Sequence record: OM632664.1 | Source: Escherichia phage BEU5 | Length of the DNA: 64,000 nt | Direction: 5' to 3' (one strand) | Shown: one piece after another, positions 18,378-28,700 of the stretch | Position numbering within the stretch: position 1 is the stretch's first letter | Layout: the number at the start of each line of letters is the position of its first letter | Made by a program: the position numbers and the translations under genes | The notes under the pieces: model-generated | Seen by the model: the letters and a program-made list of their open reading frames with translations, nothing else | What the model was told of the DNA's origin: nothing | Database searches by the model: none

Positions 18378-18461
18378 TTAGTGCTCTGGTATATTACTTT
18401 TAACCCCTAGGTTATGCCACAGTAATACAACAGATTGGGTCATCTGAAACCAGAGCACTAA
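18378..18461 (+). ncRNA. long-stem element C immediately 3' of tRNA-Pro
   Basis: 13-bp perfect inverted repeat ttagtgctctggt / accagagcactaa enclosing 58 nt with two internal hairpins (attact/agtaat and cagat/atctg). Confidence 0.4.
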
Positions 18462-18824
18462 CCTAATGTGTGGGATGTAACAGTTAAATCCAGTTGCCGG
18501 AAGTGCAATTCTAGATACGCTGCCAATGCGTGAACGGTAAGGCTGTACAGGACTCGGACTCCCATCCCACCTCCTTATTTGAACCAGGTATGAACGGCTT
18601 ACTTAGTATTAACTGCATAGGGGTATGTTAGGGATACTTAGGTGGTAAGCAGTTGGTAAGAATCCAACATGGTTCATTCCCTATTAGCAGTAACATAGTC
18701 CTGAGTACGTGTGCTCTAAAGACAATATTGGCGAGACAGTCCAATAGCTGCTAAATTAAATTCGTCCATTCCTCTTGGATGTGTAGCGAGTGAAGGTAAC
18801 ACTTAAAAATCCATGACCCACAGA
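18462..18824 (+). other. ORF-free, structured non-coding segment downstream of the tRNA cluster
   Basis: about 360 nt without a plausible ORF on either strand; inverted repeat gtgggatg ... catcccac spanning about 100 nt; ends at an intrinsic terminator. Confidence 0.35.
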
Positions 18825-18852
18825 AGCCTCCGGTTAATCCTGGAGGCTTTTT
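18825..18852 (+). terminator. intrinsic terminator closing the tRNA/ncRNA block
   Basis: GC-rich stem gcctccgg/ccggaggc-type hairpin followed by TTTTTT. Confidence 0.65.
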
Positions 18853-18876
18853 TATTTAATTAAATAAGGAAGTAAG

Positions 18877-19248
18877 ATGAACCGTATTACTGAAGAACAT
18901 ATTAATAGCATCATTGAAGGTGCTTACTACTTCAATATGGCTAAAGCTGTAGAGAATGAAGCAGTTCTGATTCCTGAAGACCATTTAAAAGCATTGAGTA
19001 CAACTACTGTTTGTGCACTGGTTCTTTCTAATGGATTCACTATTACTGGTAAATCTGCCTGTGTTGACCCCAACACCTTCAATGAAGAGTTAGGTAAGAA
19101 ATATGCTTACGAACAGGCCATTGATAAGGTATGGGAATTGGAAGGCTATTTGCTTAAGCAAAACTTGTATGAGAAAGCTCAGAGCCAGGAAATGCTAAAA
19201 GGATTCCTGCAAGATGACAACTGTGAAGGTGGGGGCTGTAAAATCTAA
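18877..19248 (+). CDS. hypothetical protein
   Basis: 123-aa ORF with AAGGAAG RBS; C-terminal CEGGGCK; no confident family assignment. Confidence 0.45.
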   Translation: MNRITEEHINSIIEGAYYFNMAKAVENEAVLIPEDHLKALSTTTVCALVLSNGFTITGKSACVDPNTFNEELGKKYAYEQAIDKVWELEGYLLKQNLYEKAQSQEMLKGFLQDDNCEGGGCKI

Positions 19249-19733
19249 TGGAAATTAAAGTTCACTTTACTAATTACATCGGAACCAAATGTGTAAATGG
19301 TTTCCCGATGAACAAGGCTGACTACTGCAAACTTCGTGGTTGGGATGTACCTGCTAATGAAGACCCGTTAGAGGAGGGTTACTTAGTAGAGTACCCCGAT
19401 TCTAACCCTAACCATGAGCAATTCCGTGGTTATATTAGTTGGTCACCTAAAGCTGCATTTGAAGAGGCATACTGTGATGTAGACAAAGGCTGCACGTTTG
19501 GTCACGCAGTAGAGCTTATGAAATCAGGTTTTAGAATGTCCCGTAAAGGCTGGAATGGAAAAGGAATGTATATCACATTGGTATCCGGTGAAAACTGGGC
19601 TATGGATAAACATGAAAATACCATATGCATGAAACAGGATTGGCTGGGTATTAAAACCGCTGACAATGAATTTATGCCATGGGTTCCATCTCAATCAGAC
19701 GTATTAGCAGAAGATTGGGTACTAGCTCAATAA
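19248..19733 (+). CDS. DUF2829-like protein (Tad2-like anti-Thoeris candidate) with N-terminal extension
   Basis: C-terminal half GHAVELMKSGFRMSRKGWNGKGMYITL...MPWVPSQSDVLAEDWVLAQ matches the pattern I recall for DUF2829 (GkxvrRxgWnGkgmyi ... W.PsqxDllAeDW). Confidence 0.45.
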   Translation: MEIKVHFTNYIGTKCVNGFPMNKADYCKLRGWDVPANEDPLEEGYLVEYPDSNPNHEQFRGYISWSPKAAFEEAYCDVDKGCTFGHAVELMKSGFRMSRKGWNGKGMYITLVSGENWAMDKHENTICMKQDWLGIKTADNEFMPWVPSQSDVLAEDWVLAQ

Positions 19734-19741
19734 GAATTAAA

Positions 19742-19766
19742 GCCCCTCTAGTGAGGGGCATTTTTT
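19742..19766. terminator. bidirectional intrinsic terminator at the convergence of plus-strand genes and the minus-strand vRNAP gene
   Basis: stem gcccctc/gaggggc with 4-nt loop, T-run on plus strand and A-run (T-run on minus) on the other side. Confidence 0.7.
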
Positions 19767-19767
19767 A

Positions 19768-22700
19768 TTAGTGGGTAAGGTTGAACCAAGGATTGAGGGT
19801 AGGTGCTCTTAGTCCTTGTCCGAAGCCTAATGAATAATCCAGTCTTCCTTCAGCCAGCATGGTTAACATGTTGTCCTGAATTGGTAGACCTACATTACCA
19901 AACATGGCAGGAGCGGGTACTACTGTAGCAATCAGAGAATGTACTGGGTTGTTTCTAATCATGCTCATAGCAACTTTAATGGAACGAATCTTAAAGTTGT
20001 AGAACCACATCAGACCCATGCTTTCCATATAACCACGGAAACGACCAGGCAATCTGTCATAGTTAACAAACTCTTCAGTTACTTGACCTAATGCTTCAGA
20101 AGAAGATTTTTTCTTACGTTTCACTAAATCATCATAGATGATGGCTTTAGCAATGAAGTCTGAATACTCTACTGTTTTCTGGATACCCTGGAACAGAGCA
20201 GTGTCCTTAGCAATAAGAGCATAACGGCCAGCATTACGTACTTTTTCTGGAAGTTTATTAGCAAGTTTTTCCATGTACTCATGAATCTTACCTTCAGCTA
20301 CTAACAGGTCATCACGACTAATACCAGCATCAGCAATAGAAGAGAACTCACCTGCTTCAATCAAAGGCCAGATGCTCATACGACGATGGCTATCAGTAAT
20401 AGATTGAATCTCGGTTTTAAGTTTACGAACCAGATTAGGATTGCCTTCAGCAGCACGTAATTCTGCTTCTGCATCAATCTGACGTAAACGAGATTTAATG
20501 TACTGATTAATCTCTGACGTCTTACGAGGAATGTTCACAGCAATATCCTTAACAGGAACACCACGTCCAATCATCTGGTAGATGTTAGCAAGGAAGTTAA
20601 CTGCCGGTACTACAACAGATTTAACAACAATTACTGTCTTAGCATCCTTCACCAAATTCTGAATGGTATTTTCAGCATTCATTACTACATGATATGCCTT
20701 ATTACCAAATGCACCGAGGAACATCTTCTTAACAGTATCAAGGGTGCTAGATGACCAACGAGAGTTACCAGTCCATACATCACCAATAGATGCAGCACGA
20801 TAGCCAAGTGCATCATTCAGCATATCCCTACGAACCCATAACTCATCTTTACCAAAGAGTTCTTCAGCCTTACGACGAGTCTCAATGTTCATCAGGTTAA
20901 TTGCATCAGCCAGTACTGGGTCATCAATTTTACCTAACAGGTTTACATATTGAGATTTATTAGCATTAGAGTCTTTAATGTCTTTCTCATACATAGCATG
21001 TAATTGCTCGATGAGAATGTCATTAAAACGTTGTGCTTTAGCCTCTTCCACCTGACGACCACGCCATACACCAACCATCTTAGCAAAATGATTGTCTTGG
21101 TTTAGATGCTTCAACATATTAGGGTCAACGGATTGCTCATAAGCAACTACCTGACCTTTGCTGTTATAAATTGGCATCAGTGGTTCACGTCCACGTTCAC
21201 CTTTAGCCAGAGCTTTGGTAATACGCTCTACGGTTGGTTTGTCAGTAATACGACCAGCAACCATAGTACCTAACGTAAAGCCAGTACCAATATCCACGCC
21301 ACCAGCAGTATTACGAACGTTCTGAAGAATACCTTGAGAGTATGGGGCACGGGCAGCTACTGGGCTGAAGTAATAACCTTTAGAACCAGTACGGAAACCA
21401 GTGCTTCCCTGATAAGTACCAATACGAGTAAAAGATTGGCTATTTAACTTAGCAAACTCTTTATCGTCAGCAATAATCAAATTCACACCTTGCTGGTTCT
21501 CTACAGGGATATAGCCCTTAAAGTGATTCAGCAAAGTACGGTTATCACCTTTAGCTTTACGCATCTCTTCAGTACGTTGACCCACCATATAAGCAATGGA
21601 GAACTCCATACCTTCCACTTCTGATTGAGCCAATTCTGACAAAAGGTCGCGGTCAGACTTATTCATCAATTCCAGAGAGTACAAAGTAATGAGCTTATCA
21701 ATAGCAGCTACATCTGCCACAGGACCATTAGTAATACGTTCACCTAACAAACGACTAATAGCATGGGCATTACGAAGGAGGTTATTACCTACTTCCCCTG
21801 TAATCATGTATTGAGCCAATTGCTTAGATTTCTTCTGAACCAGATTCCAGTTTCTACCTGCTTGGTTCTGAATCTCTTTTTCCAGAGTAGAGATTTCATC
21901 TTTCACTTTCTTAAATGAAGAGAGTAAATCTCTAATTTCAGCCATGCTCATAGTTTCACGTAGAACAGCTAAATCTGTTTTACCTAAACCAGTATGCATT
22001 GCAGACCACTCGGTATCAGTCAGTTTACGAGAGAACTTACCAGCAATGACTGTAGGTAAATGCTCACGGAATTGTTGACGGTCTTGAGAAATCTGGCTCT
22101 TAACCAATTTGATTAAGTCATAGACATTGGCATTAGTCTTAGTACGGCCAACAATGTCATTAACTAAGTCATGGAAAGGTTGCCATACTTTACCCTGGTT
22201 CATAGCAGTCATAATACCCTGAGCCACTATTTCACCTTGTTTTTCAGATGCAATAGCAGCAGTCAGTTTAGCCAGATGAGCAACACCTTTAGCAGCTACA
22301 TTAGAAGGGTTAGCAATTACCTTATCTGCCTTTTCAATAACAGTTTCAGATAACCGTTCAATGCTATCCGTTACGTACTGATTAGCACGGTCAATGAAAT
22401 TACCGGTAGGGGTTGCTACAGCATCATAGAAAGACTCTCGTTTCAGAGCAGCAGCCATGATTGTTTCTGACAGAGCATCAATACTGTCCTGAACATTAGT
22501 AGCTTTCTGGTCACCAGCCATACGACGGTTCAGAGATTCCATTACCTGAGTGCCTGCATTGGTAAGCAGAGTATCTACATCATTACCTAATTTCTTATCT
22601 GCTTTAGGTACAGGCATTTCTTTAATGATTGAACGTAGTTCTTCATTAACCATAGCCAGACCCAGGAATGTAGGTAACAGACTGGTTCTGCCTTTGGCAT

Positions 22701-25700
22701 CTACTTCAACCAGATTAGCACCAGAGATAGTGTCATATTTCTGTTGAGCGTAGTAACGGTCAGCAGGGTTAGTACTATCAGGGTCAGCCATGAAATGTTC
22801 TACCGTAAGGTGTTTCATTACATGGGTATAAAGTTCCTGAGCACGAGCCATAGCGTGTGGGTCAATTGCAGCTTCAGTTGCTAATGCAGCAGTAACCATC
22901 TGGAATACAGATTGTTCCTGAGCAGTCATATTGAAGCCACGAGACTGAACATCACGAACCAGTCGAGTAGCACTCATTAATGCATTAGCCACATTGCCAC
23001 GACGTTCTACTTCTGTAACTGGGTCAGTACGAAGGTAATCAGTTACCAGTTTATCGAAGGTCTGATTCAACTGAGACAGACGTTCATTGTTGCCATATGC
23101 TTTGCTATGGAACAGTGTGCCATCTTTAGCTACTGCCTGAGTTGTAGGTTGGCTACGCATCAGAATTGCAGAGTTAAACAGCAGATTAGAGAACATATCT
23201 TCTCCCAATGCAGGAGCTTGTTTACGTCCCCAAATCAATTTCTTAATGGCCTGATAAACATCTTTCACCATTTGAACCAGTGAAGATGTTCTCTTCTGTT
23301 TAGCAGCAAGAGCACGGTTAGCTAACCCCCAAGCCATAAACTCATTAAGAGCAGCAGCTTTAGAGATAGCTGGGTCAACAAAGCCATTACTCAAATGACC
23401 TTCAATAGTTGCAATAGCATCAGCATATGCTTCTCTCATTTCTGGAGAATCTTTGGAAATATCCAGAGAACGGAACTGTTCCATCAGACCTTCAAGGTTC
23501 TCAATAGCCTGCTTAGAAGTAGGGCTTACTTCATTACCCTGATAGAAGGAATAAACTTCCTCAAAGGTAGAAGCATGAACCAGTTCATGAATGAGGGTTT
23601 CCATAGATGGGCTAACCAGATAAATGGTCTTATCATCGAAGTTAGTCCAGCCATAAATATTGCCTGCCTGAGCTTCTTCCATTTCCTGAGAAGTCAATTC
23701 AGTAACATTCTTCTGACGAGCATACTCTGCAACCTGAGTAGGTGTACCGTAGATAATCTTATAGTCTTTAGCTGCCAGTGATTTCTGAATCTCAGCAAGA
23801 GTAGCTGCCTGAGTAGATGGCAGATTACTAATCTTAGCCAGATTACGAATAGCAGTAGCAGACAGGATACGAACACCGGATGCCTTATGCTCACGGCCTA
23901 CCATACCAAAGTCTGGATTCACTGGTTCTTTTTCAGAAACAGTTTCTTCTTTGACTTCAGCCTTAGCCTTAGCGACTTTTTGTTTACGGGCTTCTAACTC
24001 TTCACGGAAAAGTTTATTCAGTTCATCAGCCTGTTGTTCAGGAGTCATATTGCTGAGGTCAATCTTACCGTTGTTCTGATAAGGAGCACCTACAGCAGCC
24101 ATCTGGTCAATGGACAGATTTACCTTATCCAGTACCTTATGGCGAATATCTACACCCAGTGCAATATTACGTAAGTTACGTTCAATCAGAGATGCAGCAT
24201 TAGCAATATCATCTACAGTAGCATTCTCACGTTGGTCATATTCCAGAGCAGATTTACCAATTGCTTCCAATGCTTCAGGGGACAACTTGCTGAAATCTAC
24301 ATTTTTCATGAACTTAGCATATGATTCGTAAACATTCTTAATAGGGTTACCCTGCCAAGAAGTGTAAACAGCTTCATTAGCCTTACGACTAGCATCAGTG
24401 ATGTCATTCAAACCAATGTTCATACCATCAAAGATTTTGAGGGTATTCTTTGGTGCACCTTTCATAGTGGAAAGAGTTTGCATCATCATGCCGTCACCAG
24501 TACCAATAGTCATAAATGGAATACCTGCTACACCAGCCTGTGCTGGGGCATAGATACTCATTGGTACACGCATACGGTCATCAAGGTTAGTAGCTAATAC
24601 CTGATTTGCTACTTCTGCATTTTCTGAGCCAGCAATGTAGAAAGTCTGAGAACCAGTCTCAATCATAGGAGCTAAGTTATTCAGAGAAGCCTGAATATCA
24701 TTCAGTTCTTTCTGAGTAAGGAAATCGCCTTTCTTCCATGTCGGGTCTTTAGCCTTCTCTGTCAGTTTCTCCTGTACTCGCTGTTTGAACATATCTTCCA
24801 GCACTACAGATTGAATCTGAGTAGCTTTCTGTAATTGTTCAGTGGAGTACACCAGACTTTCACCCACAGTCTGAGTAATACCATTACGTAGTGGTTCTAC
24901 AAAGAAGTGCAGCATATTTTCCTGAAGTGCCTTCAGTTGCTCACCCTTAATGGTATAGGTCTTAGGATTGATTTTCCCTTTGGCTCCTGCACCTGTGGAT
25001 TGTAGTTCCAGTACACCTTTACGTTTAACAGGAACGGTAGAAGTCAGTGTTTCCATATCTTTCAGGAAACGAGCAAGAAGTTCTTCAGCATGTGCTTCTG
25101 AAGCAGCTTGCTTACCAAACATTGCCATAGCAGCAGAAATATTTGGGTCTTTAGCACGAGCTTTCAGCACATCGGACATACGCTCATAGATGGCATCAGT
25201 AACAGAACTAACCAGCTTACCTGCAATACCACGAGCACCAGAACCATAGATGGTAATAGTCAGTGGGTTCTTAGCAATACCACGTTTAAGTTCTAAAGCA
25301 CCATTCTCACCGAGATTAATATCCGGTAAGAACAAATCCATCAGAGAAAGAAGACTGTCTATCTGGGACTGAATAGGCATATTAGAAGCGTAGTTACTAC
25401 GTAACTTACCCAACGATTCCATCAAAGCATTAGTGGATGCTTGATATAAATCATTATTGTCAGCAGTAGAACGATGCTCATTCATGGTCTTATTTGGAGA
25501 ACCAATGAACAAGCCACCTTTGGCAATGTTACGAATCCAGTCAGGGGTAAACAGGCCACCTGTCATTAGCATCATGGCATTGATTGGACCATTAGTAACA
25601 CCATCTGCTTCTACATACAGTGGGGTTACAAATGCAGATTTATCCTCTGCTACTAAGTAACGGGAATACTCCATAAGAGCCATCAATGCTACGAATGACT

Positions 25701-28700
25701 TCCTATCCCCTAATGCTGTATTCAGAACACCAACTGCATTTTCTGGTAAGGAACCAGTGGTATTAAACTCAACCATCATATCAATGGCTGGTTTCAGATT
25801 ACCTTCCAGTAATTTAGTCAACTCGTCAGACATAACCTCACGAGTCATAGTATGGACTTTAATGTCCAATGCCTGAGCCAGACCTAACTGGAATGCAGAG
25901 AAGTCTTCATTGTTCTGGTTCGATAAATCCAAAGTAGCTTTAGTAGGTAGGATAGCCTCACGAACCAGTTTGGCTGATTGAGGATTGTATTTACCTAACA
26001 TCTGCATACGACCAACACGGGTCATATTATATGCATAGTGAATAGGCACAGTAGAGATGTCTTCACTCTGTGCTCTTACCTGCTCAATGACGGAAAACAG
26101 TTGGTTGTAAGAGTCCTCTACTGAACGGTTCTTACCTTCCAGAGATTTAGCATGATTATCATTAAGTAACTCTTTATTCAGAGTACCAGCACCCATCAGT
26201 TCGAGAATACGGTCTTTACCTAACGTCTCGTAGAATTGAACCATTGGAGTGTGTACATAGAACTCTGTAGCCTGCTCTGCTTTCAATGCAGCCTTCTGTT
26301 CTGGAGTATTACGAACAGCAGGATTACGAAGCTGAGTATTAGCTACAGGAGGAATATCATCACCAAAGAACATCTTCTCTGTAGGATTCACTAAAACAGC
26401 TTCTTCAATAGCAGTAGGGAAGCTATTAATTGGGTCGAAGGAATCCAGTTCAGTAATGGTGTACAGACCAATAGTCTTCTTATTATCTGGGTCAATTTCT
26501 GACATATCCACGATGTTCTCTACAACATCAGTAGACTCTACAAATGCAGCCAGAATTTCCGCAGCCATTGCTGTAGGGATACCTTTGGTATAGCCCAATG
26601 GAGCATTTGGATTACGAGATAATCCCCAGTAAGACTCAATTTTCTGAGCCAGGGAACTAACTGCTTCAGTGAGTGTCATACCAGTATCAAATTGCTCTAC
26701 TAAACCTTCTGGCAGCAGAGCTTGGTCAATACCAGTAATAGCAGCAACATCTTTTGCATCTTTGATAGCAGTATTGCTGGTAGCAGTAAGTCTCCACTGA
26801 AGACCTGCTAATACAGCAGTCTGTAGCAATTGCTCATTGTACTTAAAGGTATCCCCATCCTGTTCAACGATGTTAAGTAACTTACCGCCTACCCAACGGT
26901 TGGCTTCTGTACCCTGAGCAAAACGTTTACCAACATCCTTAGTGTTAAGGAACTTAGCCAGACGGGAACGAAGAATATCAGCAATACCTTCCCCATGTTC
27001 CATGAGTTCTTTGTATCGCTTAATAACTTCCCCATTAAAAGCAGGATTAGCAACTTCTTTCTCAGTAAAGAGTTCATAACGAGCACGGGAAGACAGAGCT
27101 TGAGCTACATCTTTTAGAGGTGCTTCTGAACCAACAGTACGGGATTTCTGTTCTTCCGGTAAGGTAAAGGACAATTTGAAATAGTTCTTAATACCCTCTG
27201 CTTTAGAATCAGCAGTACCTACCAATGAGGGGTAAACAGCATCGATACCTTCTCTTAATTCTTCTGTAACTGTGCTTTCTTTTGCAGAAGTTTCAGTTTC
27301 TTTAACAGATTCAGTAGGTTGCTTGATGGTGTCCTCATTAGTAAGGTTAACATCCTGTTTTTCAGACTGGTTCACAGGTTCTTTTATAGCCTGTGGGCTA
27401 GACTCTTTAGTAGTAGGTTCTGTTTTAACAGATTCACTAACAGGAGTCTTAGTCTGTACAGTAGATGTAACTGGTTCCTGTTTTGTAACAGGAGTTTCTT
27501 TAACCTGATTCACGGAGTCAGCTTTCGGTTGAGAAGAAGCAACGTCTCGATTGCCTTGACGGAATGCCTTGACCACCTCAGCAGCAGGAGCGTTAAGACG
27601 TGAATCCAATGGAGTAACTTTTATATGACTGACCTTCAGTTCCGGGTAAGCCGAAGCGAGGGCATTAGCAATATCCGCTACCGTTTTCGCTTCAAGAGCA
27701 ACTTGCTGGGCAAATTTAACCGACTTAGTGTCATAGGGATTGACCCCCAATCCGGTACGGCTACGAACCCATTCTCTGTCAGCAGTAAGAGCTTGGTAGT
27801 GGACAGACTTATTCTTATCCGCATCCCCCGTAACAAGATGCTCATTCAACGCTCCAACCTTATTCTGCATGTGCTGGGCGAACTGCATAAAGTCGTTCAG
27901 GTAAGCGGAGGCCAACTCGAAATTACCAGAGTTATACGCAGACCGAATCCTATTCGCATGTTGCAACGCAGAGTATTGTCCTTCCTGAGTTCTGCTCTCA
28001 TCCGTTTTAATCTGTTTACTCACAATGTCTTGAGGACGTAATCCAAGACGGGCAGCTTCTGCATCATATTCCCGTGCCCCCTTCAGGATTGCAGCAGCAT
28101 TCTGAAGGGCAGCAATTTGGCGATTATTCAGTTTAATACGACCATCAGCAGCATGTTTAAGAACAACATTTACAGATTCTGGATTGAGCTTTTCAGGAGC
28201 TACTTCAGCAGCTAATGCTACGTTCTGCATTTCCTGTGGACTGGATTCTTCAGTCACATCCAAAGAACCATTCTGGGCAGATTCATTAATCATTCGATTA
28301 ATAACATTCAGTGCACCAATTACTTTTGGTGTGTTCTGAATATTAGCTGTCAGATTTGTATAACGATTGAGTAACTCAATAGCCGGAGAATCTTTAGGAA
28401 TGCTATCCAGTGCAGCAGGGTCACGGTTAATGAATTGCTCAAACTCTGAAACAGCATCATACATATAAGATGCAGCTTCCATCAGTGCTTGAGGATTAGA
28501 TTCATCTAATGTGTTAACTAGGTCTGCTAACTTTTGAATAACCTGTACTTGGTCAGTAGAACCAGCTACAGCATTACGAATATGCTCTGGTGCTTCCTGA
28601 TAATTTTCAGGATTAAAACGAGTAGCATTCATTAAGTCAGAAACATACTGGTGTGCTGCAACTTTCTGTTCCGGAGTAGCATCAGTTGCTTCAACAGCAT

